A DNA stretch of 35,987 nucleotides from a virus (lineage: Duplodnaviria > Caudoviricetes). The stretch lies in the IMG/VR virus record IMGVR_UViG_3300033518_000152, positions 1-35,987 of that record, one strand, 5' to 3'. Under the pieces are notes generated by a model. The model saw only the letters and a list, made by a program, of their open reading frames with translations. It was not told the origin of the DNA and ran no database searches. Position numbers and translations under genes: made by a program. Below are positions 8,351 to 18,276 of the stretch, in pieces; within the stretch, counting starts at the first letter, position 1; each line of letters starts with the position of its first letter.

Positions 8351-8677
8351 ATGACAACTTATAACACATCAGTAGTAACTATAACTGTAAACCAATTAGG
8401 AAGAACTTCTTTTGCTCTTAACATCTTAGGGAGAGACAATGAGAGACTTTTTGCCGAACTTTTAGAAGACACAACTTGCAATACTGCCGCTTTTATCGGT
8501 ATATGTAGAGCGAGCAACGAATTCCCCGATAAAATAATATTGACCGACAATGCGGTTGCCGCCACTTGGGCCAAGGGAGCACCTTTGAATACTAAATTGC
8601 CGAACAAAATTGCTGAAAATTATTCTCGATTAATTCAAGCAAAAGCGATTCATCCTAATGTCACTTGTACATCGTAA
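8351..8677 (+). CDS. RNase H-like fold protein, probably catalytically inactive
   Basis: DTTCNTAAFIGICRA...IILTDNAVAATWAK...NTKL parallels the RNase HI pattern TNNxxEFxA...IYSDSxxAxxW...KTKL; the only convincing plus-strand gene. Confidence 0.55.
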   Translation: MTTYNTSVVTITVNQLGRTSFALNILGRDNERLFAELLEDTTCNTAAFIGICRASNEFPDKIILTDNAVAATWAKGAPLNTKLPNKIAENYSRLIQAKAIHPNVTCTS

Positions 8678-8766
8678 ATTTGCCCTCTATTTATTGAAAA
8701 TTTACGAAACCACATACTTATACCGAAAATAGTATAGAACCACGGATTCACATTTGGTTTTAAACG

Positions 8767-8799
8767 AAAAAGGCACTAGAAAGTTATTTCTAATGCCCC
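8767..8799 (-). terminator. Intrinsic terminator ending the structural operon
   Basis: Minus strand GGCATTAGAAA-TAAC-TTTCTAGTGCC-TTTTT about 20 nt after the stop of 8820..9644. Confidence 0.8.
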
Positions 8800-8819
8800 T
8801 AACGAGTTTAAAATTGGTC

Positions 8820-9644
8820 TTAGTCTAATTCAAAAATTATTTTAAAATCTTCTTTTGTGTTATGTTGAGCCTTGATTTCTTCTAAGGTCAAACATTCGTC
8901 ATCTTGTATTTTATAGTTCGAGTTTATTCTTCTTCTAATCCAAAGTCCTATAGAACCTCCTGCTACTATTTCGTCAGCTATTAGAGTTTTGTCGAGTAAA
9001 CCGCCTGATAAATTTACATTTGTAGCAAGTGCACTTCCTGAAGTAGAAAAATTAGAACTTACTCCCGTTATTCCAAAAACGGAATTTTGTATGTAAACCG
9101 TATTATCATCAATCTTCGACGCAGAAAACAAGCCTGAATCATTCAGTGCTTCAATTAAGTCGGCTTGGAAAGTGGCTAAACTATCTCCCGTCAAAGTTCC
9201 GTTTATTCCAAAGATGGAAAACGTATCTCCAATCGTTCCAGATTGAGTTAATGTTAAACGACAATCTTCTAATCGGGATTCGCTATTAAACCACTCAGCG
9301 TAAAATGGCTCTTCATATATGCTTCCTATTGCTTCTATTGAGCCATTTGGAGCGACTTCTACTACCGCAAAATCAAAATCCGCAAAATTTGTATATGCGC
9401 CTTGAAATCTTTCGTAAACTTCTTGTATGGTTAAATTTGTTATAAGATTAGTAGTTTCATTCTGTATGAAAAGTGCTAAGCAATTATTAACTTTATTTTG
9501 TAAATCATAAAGGGATACATCAGAAAAAATCGCATTCAACTTTGAGTTAGGAACAGGTGTACCTGACATAAATCCTCCCAAAGAAAGATTCGCTTCTTTT
9601 TGTTCTGTTCCTAAGTATTTCGCTCCTGAAAATAATAATCTCAT
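8820..9644 (-). CDS. Putative virion/baseplate-associated protein
   Basis: Last gene of the tail operon; beta-rich; SLGGFMSGT N-terminus and GLWIRR C-terminal motif. Confidence 0.6.
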   Translation of the reverse strand: MRLLFSGAKYLGTEQKEANLSLGGFMSGTPVPNSKLNAIFSDVSLYDLQNKVNNCLALFIQNETTNLITNLTIQEVYERFQGAYTNFADFDFAVVEVAPNGSIEAIGSIYEEPFYAEWFNSESRLEDCRLTLTQSGTIGDTFSIFGINGTLTGDSLATFQADLIEALNDSGLFSASKIDDNTVYIQNSVFGITGVSSNFSTSGSALATNVNLSGGLLDKTLIADEIVAGGSIGLWIRRRINSNYKIQDDECLTLEEIKAQHNTKEDFKIIFELD

Positions 9645-9648
9645 GATT

Positions 9649-11985
9649 TTATGTTTTAATTAAGAATAAGAATTTGTGGTAGGCTGGAGTGATATCAATA
9701 GGTCTCGTTCTTCCGTTTGTTTCACCACCTGTAACTCCAGAAGTTTTTGTGTGTAATGTGCCCGCAGCTTGCAACCAAGTATTGCTTGAACCAGAATCAT
9801 TAGCATCGTCACCACCAAACGTCATAGTGTGCGTATGCGGAGGAATGTTTTGGATGTCTAAAGTTTTAGTATTAGAACCGCCCACATCTCCCGCTAAATC
9901 GGGAGCATTGGTTCCCATAGGGAATTTATCTAACATTTCATCCATTATACTCCATCCGTAGAATCCCGGAACTTGTCCATCTCCATTAGCATCGAAATAG
10001 TTAGTCGGGACTTCCGCTTGCATCCTTACAGAACCCGCAGGAACAGTGTCGGTGTCATAGGTCGCTATCCAATTGCCTAATTCATTAAACGTGCAAACAA
10101 TGTAAAGTCCTTTTCTGGTAACGACCGAATTATTTTTTATGTAATTCATATCGTTCTTATTTAGTTCAGCGACTAAAGTGTAGGAACCAGAATTAATAAA
10201 ATCTTGAACAATTCTAATTTTAAAAGCGTCTAAATTTAAGAATTGAGATATGTGCAATATGAACGTATTACTTTCTCTACAAGGCACTAATTCATCGTCA
10301 TCTTTAAACTTTTTCAAGTTCACAAAAACATCCGTCGTAAGAGTTATGGGAGTGTCGTCTATCCCTTTAAAATGCTGATACTTTTTATCTTGGGTTACTT
10401 GTAGTTGTATTAAATTTAATCCCGCAGAAAATGCAGTAGTATTAACCCCTAACAAATCCCCATTATCAACGTAAGATTGGAAATTATCAAAACTTCTCGG
10501 TGCCTCAACTACTGTTAAGAAACCAACCGTCAAATCTCCAATATAGGGATTTCTTACTCTGTCTCCCTCTAATGGCTTTAAATTTCCATCATCATCAAAA
10601 CTTACTTCTTTATAAAAACCAACGGCATCATCGGGAAATTTCATCCAATCTGAATAGTCGTTAAAAATCTTATATCTAAAAACAGCGTTGTGATTATAAG
10701 TTCCCGCCAAAGCTGCAATTCTAAAACGAGCTAATGGTGTATTTATAGCAAAGGTATTGATTTCTTCGATATTCGCAAAAGGATATGGCGTGTCGCTTGA
10801 ATCGCCACTTGTTTTTACTTGTATTTCCTCATAAGGAGGACAAATAAATAAAACGTCTCCCGGAACGTAATCCTCTGGATTCAGAACGTCCAATGTAATA
10901 GCTATATAAGTACCGTCAGTTACAGAACCAACAATGTTCTGATAGCTTCCGTCTTTTGAATAAACTCTCCAATTATCAAAATTACCATTTGCGAAGTAAG
11001 AAGTATCTTTAAAAACACCGCCTTGGCCTGCTAAAAGAGTAATGGTTTTGGAAGAAGTTCCCAAAGTCCAACTTGACGACCTAAATCCCCAAGCCAATTC
11101 AACCCAGTTTCTATCTCTTGTAGCCTGAGGAATATCCCACTTAACGTTTTCAATTCCTATGAGAGGATTTTCAGAAACTCTATCTAAAGTTGTTAGAGCA
11201 TTTGAAGCCTCATTTTTCCACCATTCAATTCTTTTATCTTCCAATGTAACCGTACCACTGTTATTTTTTGCTCTTGCGATATAAAATTCTTCGCCTTGCA
11301 AATTACCAGGAGGAACGTTTGATAGAACTTCTAAAACTAATTCTATAGAACAGCTATCATATTGAAATATGTTCTTGTTACCGCCAGATACTACGAATCC
11401 CGGAGTAAAAGTTCCAATTACAGAATAAGTCAATCCGGATTCTGGAATGAAATCGCCTTGAAGAACTAACGTGTCATCATCAGTAACTGAAACAACTTCA
11501 TATTCATCGGAATTTCCTAAAGTGGAATTGGTGAATTTTATTTTAGATGGAAAGTTTGGTTGCCCTCTCAATGCACTTAAAAATTCAGTACTAACTCCCG
11601 TAACATTCCCTAAAGAATCTAGAGATATTGTTCCCTTTTCTACGCTTGTGAATTGATGAGATACTTTAATCCAATACCAATTATTACCGTTCGGTATTTG
11701 AAAATTTTGTGGCACCGTGTTTAAAATAAGATTCGCATTCTTATCCAAAGCAACACCGACATTTACGATAACTTCGTCTGTAGGTGTTCCCGCTTTTGAA
11801 ACATAAAAATTATCCTCAACTAAAATTTCTCCTATTCCCGGCAACTCCGTTTGTCTAATCAATCCAAACTTATCCGTAATTAAAAGAAATTGTCTTTTGT
11901 ATCCATCGTCTTCTAAGAATTTCTGAAACTTTTTAAGTTCTGAAACTCCTAAGAACAAATTTTCGCTAAACTTTACTTTTGACAT
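9649..11985 (-). CDS. Tail fibre/baseplate protein with C-terminal collar-like domain
   Basis: C-terminal FPMG...GDVGGSNTKTLDIQNIPPHTH...ITPAYHKFLFLIKT is typical of tail-collar/short-fibre tips; follows the baseplate genes. Confidence 0.75.
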   Translation of the reverse strand: MSKVKFSENLFLGVSELKKFQKFLEDDGYKRQFLLITDKFGLIRQTELPGIGEILVEDNFYVSKAGTPTDEVIVNVGVALDKNANLILNTVPQNFQIPNGNNWYWIKVSHQFTSVEKGTISLDSLGNVTGVSTEFLSALRGQPNFPSKIKFTNSTLGNSDEYEVVSVTDDDTLVLQGDFIPESGLTYSVIGTFTPGFVVSGGNKNIFQYDSCSIELVLEVLSNVPPGNLQGEEFYIARAKNNSGTVTLEDKRIEWWKNEASNALTTLDRVSENPLIGIENVKWDIPQATRDRNWVELAWGFRSSSWTLGTSSKTITLLAGQGGVFKDTSYFANGNFDNWRVYSKDGSYQNIVGSVTDGTYIAITLDVLNPEDYVPGDVLFICPPYEEIQVKTSGDSSDTPYPFANIEEINTFAINTPLARFRIAALAGTYNHNAVFRYKIFNDYSDWMKFPDDAVGFYKEVSFDDDGNLKPLEGDRVRNPYIGDLTVGFLTVVEAPRSFDNFQSYVDNGDLLGVNTTAFSAGLNLIQLQVTQDKKYQHFKGIDDTPITLTTDVFVNLKKFKDDDELVPCRESNTFILHISQFLNLDAFKIRIVQDFINSGSYTLVAELNKNDMNYIKNNSVVTRKGLYIVCTFNELGNWIATYDTDTVPAGSVRMQAEVPTNYFDANGDGQVPGFYGWSIMDEMLDKFPMGTNAPDLAGDVGGSNTKTLDIQNIPPHTHTMTFGGDDANDSGSSNTWLQAAGTLHTKTSGVTGGETNGRTRPIDITPAYHKFLFLIKT

Positions 11986-11998
11986 TTCTAATTATTTT

Positions 11999-13708
11999 TT
12001 AAATTAATACTTGCTTGTCGCCAACTTCAGGAGTAATTGGAATACTTATTATTTTTTGTTGATATGGTAGTAGGTAATTTTGTATGAAATTATCGACTTG
12101 GTTATCAGTTTTATCTTGACCATTGTTTTTTCTCCAATTCAAACAGAATGTAGTAGACTGTAGGAATTGAGGATTCTTCACATAGGGAGCCGAATCAGAA
12201 GTCGGGAGAATGTTTTTACCTCTTATCAAAGGTCTCATCTTTAAATTATGTAAAAATAATTGAGAGTCGCTCACGCCATAATCAGAAACGTAAACTGATA
12301 TCTTTAATTTCTCCACTTCATGATTCGTGGTACTAAAAAATTTTAGATTCTTACCTTTGTTTAAATTAGTTCTTCCGTCTGCTATTGGTATGGTTTTGTT
12401 AGCGTAAATTATACCTCTAAAAGAATAGAAGATTTGCGCTACTTTTGCAATATCTTCAATTCTTTCGCTTAAAATAGTATTTGTCAATCCTGTTCCGTCC
12501 ACAGCTAAAAAAGCATCCGGAATCAATACTCCATTGCGATTGAATCCTGTGACTCCAACGTTCAAAGTTGCATCAGCAATATTTCCACCGCCCCTACTAT
12601 ATTCAAAAGTAATCTCATAATCTAATTCATCGTCAACGATTATTAAATCTTCAAGAAGAGCTCCTACGGGAGGACTTTCCAATATGTATCCTAATCCTTT
12701 ATCTCTATTTAAAGAAACGCATAATTTGCTCAAAAAATACGTCTGGTCTAACGGACCATTGATTACGGTGTATTTTGACAAATCTTCAATCCCGTCAGTA
12801 TTTTCTTCAGTCTTGTTTAATTGTTTAGAAAAATAAGTTCCATTGTAAAGTGGTGACGATTCATCTAAACAAAAACCGCCCTTTTTCTTTTCTATTACTT
12901 CCAAAAGAAATTCATCATAATGGTTACGGCATAACAACCTAAGCCATTCTCCGTCTATTTGAGTAAATGAACCATCTATTAATTCCGTTCCTGATTTCTT
13001 GTAGGTCATTTGAGTTCCTCTTTTCCTAACTTCGTCATAGAAATTAGAAGAAAGAAAAAATAGGTGCTGATACGTTATTTCTTTTTCGCTGATTTGAATA
13101 TTGTATTGTCTAAGATATTCCGATAGATAATCTGACCTAAACACTATATCATCAAACCCTTTAGCAAAAGCCGAAAAATAAGAAATAAATAAGCAGACAG
13201 CACTCCAGAACGCAATGAAGTCTTCATTATCTACGCCATCCCCACGTTCTATGAATCTCGGCAAAATTCCGTGATGAAATATTTTTCTTAGGATATTGTT
13301 TCTAATTGCGACCGTGTAGAAATCGTTATCATACAAATCGTTAAAAATACTTACCATCGTGATAGTATTAACGCAAATTTGTATGTCGATGTTTCCCTCT
13401 AATTCTAAATTTACGAACTCTAATATTCCCGTAGAATCAGACCCGACCCTTTTATACCTAAATTCAAAAAACGATAATCCTAAAGATACACCATTTACTT
13501 GCTGTAGGTTCAAATCAGTCAGCTCAATCCAATCTGAATAAATTACTCCATCGAGAGAGTATCTGAATTTCTTTTCAAAGAATCTTGTTCCCGTTACTCC
13601 TGTAACTTGGTCGGTAAATGATGTCAAATTAATATTACCATTAACCACAGTTTGTGAGTATATTAAAAGTACATCGCCTATTTCTGAAAGAGAATTATTC
13701 GTTATCAT
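11999..13708 (-). CDS. Putative baseplate wedge protein
   Basis: Follows baseplate J; ILPRFI...YLRQYNI...VRKRGT and a C-terminal YLLPY resemble gpI/gp7-like wedge proteins. Confidence 0.6.
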   Translation of the reverse strand: MITNNSLSEIGDVLLIYSQTVVNGNINLTSFTDQVTGVTGTRFFEKKFRYSLDGVIYSDWIELTDLNLQQVNGVSLGLSFFEFRYKRVGSDSTGILEFVNLELEGNIDIQICVNTITMVSIFNDLYDNDFYTVAIRNNILRKIFHHGILPRFIERGDGVDNEDFIAFWSAVCLFISYFSAFAKGFDDIVFRSDYLSEYLRQYNIQISEKEITYQHLFFLSSNFYDEVRKRGTQMTYKKSGTELIDGSFTQIDGEWLRLLCRNHYDEFLLEVIEKKKGGFCLDESSPLYNGTYFSKQLNKTEENTDGIEDLSKYTVINGPLDQTYFLSKLCVSLNRDKGLGYILESPPVGALLEDLIIVDDELDYEITFEYSRGGGNIADATLNVGVTGFNRNGVLIPDAFLAVDGTGLTNTILSERIEDIAKVAQIFYSFRGIIYANKTIPIADGRTNLNKGKNLKFFSTTNHEVEKLKISVYVSDYGVSDSQLFLHNLKMRPLIRGKNILPTSDSAPYVKNPQFLQSTTFCLNWRKNNGQDKTDNQVDNFIQNYLLPYQQKIISIPITPEVGDKQVLI

Positions 13709-14037
13709 AAATTCATCATTAAGTAACCGTTTTCATCTATAAAATACTTGTCTTGATTGTAATCAGTAATGTTCAAAGTTCCATCGATGTCTATTGCATA
13801 CATTACGTCTTTCGAGTGATTGACTAACAATTCTCCCTCCATCCCCATAACACCATTCTTTCTTTTCTGAGCGTCTAATATTTCAACTTCATCGCTCGAA
13901 ACAGGATACAGTTCAACTATCGCATCATCAAGCCATTCGCTTGACTTTTCGTAATTTACGTTTATAGATATTTGTCCTGTGATACCTGAAATATCTCGCA
14001 CTTGAGATTTCGATACAGTGTTTAAAATTGATTCCAT
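13705..14037 (-). CDS. Hypothetical protein in baseplate cluster
   Basis: Overlaps both neighbours, suggesting translational coupling. Confidence 0.7.
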   Translation of the reverse strand: MESILNTVSKSQVRDISGITGQISINVNYEKSSEWLDDAIVELYPVSSDEVEILDAQKRKNGVMGMEGELLVNHSKDVMYAIDIDGTLNITDYNQDKYFIDENGYLMMNL

Positions 14038-15233
14038 TACAAAGATTTTAAAATTGTAGCTTGATAGGCAAAATCATTTACGCTCGGATAATACACAGGA
14101 TTCAAATTACCTTGGTAATCAGCAATCACCTTACCCTTTAAATCCATCATCATAAACCCTCTAATCCTTGGCAACATTCCTCTCGGTATGTTTGTGTAAG
14201 TAGATGGGAAAAAGAAATTATCCAAAACTCTTTTAACTCCTTGAACAGACTTAACGCTATTTATTAAATCAATCCAATCAATTCCATTTCCGTCTTCCCA
14301 ATATCTGTAATCAGCAACCTTACTCATATTGTTTTGGATGTCTTTTCTAACGATATCGGAATTATAAGACCCGTCAATGTCAACTCTAAAACTAACATCA
14401 ATTGGAAAATAATTTACATTTTGTAATTTTATTCCATAATTATTCAATCCGTTTGGTTTGAACTCATTCATTGAAAAGAATTGTTCCCCTTTGTACCCCA
14501 TATCTCTAAGTTGAGAGAAAGTAAAATTCACACCGTCAACGCTTGCGATAGCTAAAACCAAATCACCTACATCGTCCAATCCTAAATTAAAAACTCGCAA
14601 AACATTCGGTTGAAATTTCCTAAACACTTGCTCCAGATAAGATAAAGTTCCTCTTGAAATTACGTTCACTTCGTTTTTTATCCTGCTTCTAAAATCTTCA
14701 TCTTCCTCTTCGTTTCTTGCTCCCGTAGCAGCAAATTCATTTATCACATATTGGTGACCAGTCGGCTTTGGATTCACTTGAGTTATGGAAAGAGCCGAAA
14801 CGTTGGTTGATTTTCCGGTTTGTTGACAGTTTAATTTAGCATAAGAATATCCGACTGCCGGAATTACTAAATTTTCTAACAAGTCAAAATTAAATCCACC
14901 CCCAGAAAATACGTGCGTGTTAGTTGAATAGGTTGTTCCAGGAACTCCTACTACTCTAACAAAAACTGAAGAATTAGAAGCACCTAATCTCGGCGCAATT
15001 CCTCTTAATTTTGCTAAATTATCCAAATACTCTCCAACCGCAGAATCAGGAAACAAGTGAGCTTCTATGACCGCAACATCCTTTAGGATTTTTTGACCTA
15101 ACTTTGCGTTTGCGTAAGCAATTCCATTGACCACTGAACCGTCAGATATTTTGCTTATTTTATCTGTATGGTTCAGTAGCGATTCGGCGAATATTTGCTT
15201 CAACTCTTCTATTGATGTTACCTTTGTTATCAT
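14037..15233 (-). CDS. Baseplate J-like wedge protein
   Basis: FPDSAVGEYLDNLAKLRGIAPR, GARNEEEDEDFRSRI and SVKSVQGVKRV are Baseplate_J motifs. Confidence 0.92.
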   Translation of the reverse strand: MITKVTSIEELKQIFAESLLNHTDKISKISDGSVVNGIAYANAKLGQKILKDVAVIEAHLFPDSAVGEYLDNLAKLRGIAPRLGASNSSVFVRVVGVPGTTYSTNTHVFSGGGFNFDLLENLVIPAVGYSYAKLNCQQTGKSTNVSALSITQVNPKPTGHQYVINEFAATGARNEEEDEDFRSRIKNEVNVISRGTLSYLEQVFRKFQPNVLRVFNLGLDDVGDLVLAIASVDGVNFTFSQLRDMGYKGEQFFSMNEFKPNGLNNYGIKLQNVNYFPIDVSFRVDIDGSYNSDIVRKDIQNNMSKVADYRYWEDGNGIDWIDLINSVKSVQGVKRVLDNFFFPSTYTNIPRGMLPRIRGFMMMDLKGKVIADYQGNLNPVYYPSVNDFAYQATILKSL

Positions 15234-16156
15234 ACTACAATATTTTTTATTATGACTAAATCGTATTTTGTGTCAACTTTGTATTCTATGAACATATCCG
15301 AATCTACGATTTTAAAATCCTTAATTTCAAAATCCTTAAACAAATCATCACTCGCAAAATTGTTCCTAAGTTCTCTAACTATTGATGAATAATTTAATTG
15401 GGATAAATTTGCCCCCTTATAAATTTGTCCATCTAATCCCAATTGAGGAAATTCTGGAATATCACCCTTTTCTAATCCGGAAAGAATATCAGCCGTTTGA
15501 AAAACTGTTTCTTTGTATTGTAAACTTTCCAAGTCGTCATCTTTATACGTAAAGAGCCTTTTAATGTCCTTGCCGTATATTCTTTCGCCGACCGTATTAT
15601 CAATCATAGACGTGACTAAATTAGCTTGAAAAAGTCTTTTTCTTAACTTTATTCGCTCACCGCCCTTTATGTCGTAATTTATTTCTTCTAAATCGTTCTC
15701 AATCGCAATATCAATCCAAGAATCATCTGAATTTGAATCAGCTAAAACCGTTCTAGAAACATTTTCCAAAGTTTGCTCCGGAACCACATCATAATTAAAA
15801 ACAAAACCGCTTCTGTTTTGATTAGCTATCAAAGAGGAACGAAGATATTTTGATATATTTATAGTTGTTTCTAATTTTGTTTTTACATCTTCAAAGCTAT
15901 CCAATAATTCCCAATAGTCTACGGTGGTCATCAATTTCTTATTTCTAAGAAACAAATTAGAAATAACGAAACTTTGTTCGCAAAGTTGATTCAATTTCTT
16001 AACGCTCGTTTGGTCTAAAAAATTAGAATTCCCGCCAAAGAAATTTACGAAGTTCTTATAGTCAGAAAGAAAGAATCTCTTAGACGCAATAAAAAAGTCC
16101 CCAATTGGATAATTGGTTAATTTTTGAAACTTGTCTAATATTGTTTTATCTACCAT
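15230..16156 (-). CDS. Baseplate protein (LysM-like segment plus gp25-like C-terminus)
   Basis: QTLENVS...WIDIAIENDL (LysM/gpX-like) and KGDIPEFPQLG (gp25-like); directly upstream of baseplate J. Confidence 0.65.
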   Translation of the reverse strand: MVDKTILDKFQKLTNYPIGDFFIASKRFFLSDYKNFVNFFGGNSNFLDQTSVKKLNQLCEQSFVISNLFLRNKKLMTTVDYWELLDSFEDVKTKLETTINISKYLRSSLIANQNRSGFVFNYDVVPEQTLENVSRTVLADSNSDDSWIDIAIENDLEEINYDIKGGERIKLRKRLFQANLVTSMIDNTVGERIYGKDIKRLFTYKDDDLESLQYKETVFQTADILSGLEKGDIPEFPQLGLDGQIYKGANLSQLNYSSIVRELRNNFASDDLFKDFEIKDFKIVDSDMFIEYKVDTKYDLVIIKNIVV

Positions 16157-16887
16157 TATCCAAATAAATTAGTTACGGATTCTTGAATTCCTCCCAACGA
16201 TATATTATCAAATACTTTATTCACAGATTTGTTTATAACGGACATGGATAGTAAATTGTAAAGATTCTTTTTGCTATCTATACCACCAATAATCGTGTCT
16301 ATGTCTCCCAACATGGTAATTTCTATATTGTAATTCCACATCATATTGTTTTCCAAACTTTGACTTACTGTGAAATTAGTAACTTCAACTATGTTGTTTT
16401 GATTGTAAGTATGGTTGTAGAACAATAGAAATTTAGGTTGATTATCTTCGTCCAAGATTTGGCTATTCTCTATTATTTTTTCTAATAGTTTCAATGCACC
16501 ATATCCTGTTTTAACCTTTAAATCAAAATTCTGAAATAGCTTTGAATTAGTTCCGGCCACTTGCCCAACCTCTTTCGTCACCATCAGCCTAAACTTCCTA
16601 CCGAACGTTCCATTGATACTTATTTTCTTTCCTACGAAGCAGTCATTAAATTGGCTCAAATAACTCTGACCTGTCGCCTTAACAGTCAAGATTGATTGTC
16701 GAGCAACGGAAATTCCGGAGGGCATTACGGGAAAATGAAAAATATCTTCGATTATGTTCTTAGAATTTATCAATTCAAAAGTACAAGCATAATATTCAAA
16801 ATCGTCGGGTGCCAAAGCGTGCAATGCTCCTCTACCTATTTCAAATATTACTTCCGTCGCTTTTCTTTTTACCACTTCTACAGACAT
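16156..16887 (-). CDS. Putative tail tube initiator/baseplate protein
   Basis: FHFPVMPSGI...ISINGTFG...FTVSQSLENNMMWNYNIEI resembles Twort-like baseplate proteins; gene order. Confidence 0.6.
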   Translation of the reverse strand: MSVEVVKRKATEVIFEIGRGALHALAPDDFEYYACTFELINSKNIIEDIFHFPVMPSGISVARQSILTVKATGQSYLSQFNDCFVGKKISINGTFGRKFRLMVTKEVGQVAGTNSKLFQNFDLKVKTGYGALKLLEKIIENSQILDEDNQPKFLLFYNHTYNQNNIVEVTNFTVSQSLENNMMWNYNIEITMLGDIDTIIGGIDSKKNLYNLLSMSVINKSVNKVFDNISLGGIQESVTNLFG

Positions 16888-16888
16888 A

Positions 16889-17359
16889 CTATTTCCAATT
16901 AATTATTACGCTACTATTTACATTTATAGCTGTACCTGACATAAACCAAACATCAACCTCATCACTAAATTCTTCAGCAAATTGTTTTGCACTTGCTCCG
17001 TTCAATGCTCTGAGAAAAATAGGTCTCAAGTTTAGAACCCTTGTAGGCATTATTCCCGTAAAAGTGGGGAGCATTCCGGGAATCAATGACATGGCAAAAG
17101 TCTTGATTGAATTTTCAAAAATCAGGACACTCGCATCAAAATTATTAGAAGAACAAATTTGTTTTAGAATTACTTCGGCAGAATTCTTAGCAGTGTTAGA
17201 AGTCGTAGTCGTCGGCAAAATGTCCTTAGCATAAAGATAGTAAGCATTTGACCAACTTTTGGCTGCACTCGAACAAGTGGCGGGAAACCCCACGAACTGT
17301 TCGAATGTCGAATCGTTCAATTTTCTAATCTCGTCTTGTAATATTTGCCTTTGAAGCAT
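16889..17359 (-). CDS. Hypothetical protein downstream of the spike gene
   Basis: Coupled ORF within the baseplate cluster. Confidence 0.65.
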   Translation of the reverse strand: MLQRQILQDEIRKLNDSTFEQFVGFPATCSSAAKSWSNAYYLYAKDILPTTTTSNTAKNSAEVILKQICSSNNFDASVLIFENSIKTFAMSLIPGMLPTFTGIMPTRVLNLRPIFLRALNGASAKQFAEEFSDEVDVWFMSGTAINVNSSVIINWK

Positions 17360-18276
17360 TAGTCAGAATTTGTTAATTTACTAAAAAAGTTTTCAAATTT
17401 ATCCCTCACCAATTTAAACTCGGCTGCATTTATTCTCGTACCGCTTGGGCCAAAAGCAGTTGGAACGGTCAATTTACCTAATGCGTCGTCGTATTCGTCT
17501 AAAATAGATTTCAACGTTTCCGCCAAAACTACTGGCTCAGCCCCATCTCCAAAATCTATTTTCTTTGATTTGTCCGCCCTGAAATTTATCTTATCCTCAG
17601 AAGTTGTTATTTTGTTTTCAAATTCATCAGCATATTCAAGTCTGTTAGTCTCACCGCTTTTTATTTCTAATTTGGCTACAACCGTTCCGGCTTTATCTGT
17701 AGCTACATCGGAAATTCTTTTTTCGGAAAATCTTATTGTATCTCCAGAAGATTTTTGTATGATTTGTCCATTCACCAATAGAGAATATTTGGCGTCGTTA
17801 TTTACCGAATTGATGTTTATTTCTACCTCGCCACTAGAGGTCTTATTTCCGGTAACATTTATTGTGATCTTACCCTTTTTACCGTCAAGGTCGAAATCAA
17901 CCGAATTTCCATCTTTACTGTGCGTCGTTCTAGACCTAAATTCAGACAAGGAATAAAATTCTTCGTCGTATTTTAAACACGCTATCACCATTGGCTCATT
18001 GAACTTAGGCAAATTCAGCCAAACCACGGGAGTTCCAAATCCTATGCTGGTTTCAGGAAACCTAACCCTCTGAAGAACTTCTCTGTCAATTGGAATATCA
18101 TAAAAATTAGAATTTCCATACCCCCCGAATATAGATATTCTCCCGGAATCGTAAACGTCTTTTATATAAATTTTTCTATCTACTCCTGGTGGAACTATGA
18201 CATACCCTATCCCGCAAACTAAATTTTCAGCTTGTATCCCATTGACGCCAAGAGATTCTTCTTGATTACTATACAT
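17359..18276 (-). CDS. Putative central baseplate spike (gpV/gp5-like)
   Basis: Short beta-strand-rich middle, C-terminal EPVVLAETL...PTAFGPSGT; follows the hub. Confidence 0.65.
   Translation of the reverse strand: MYSNQEESLGVNGIQAENLVCGIGYVIVPPGVDRKIYIKDVYDSGRISIFGGYGNSNFYDIPIDREVLQRVRFPETSIGFGTPVVWLNLPKFNEPMVIACLKYDEEFYSLSEFRSRTTHSKDGNSVDFDLDGKKGKITINVTGNKTSSGEVEININSVNNDAKYSLLVNGQIIQKSSGDTIRFSEKRISDVATDKAGTVVAKLEIKSGETNRLEYADEFENKITTSEDKINFRADKSKKIDFGDGAEPVVLAETLKSILDEYDDALGKLTVPTAFGPSGTRINAAEFKLVRDKFENFFSKLTNSD

Noticed and set aside
8359-8607. 82-aa minus-strand ORF
   Set aside because: It is antisense to the RNase H-like ORF and lies downstream of the minus-strand terminator at 8767-8799.
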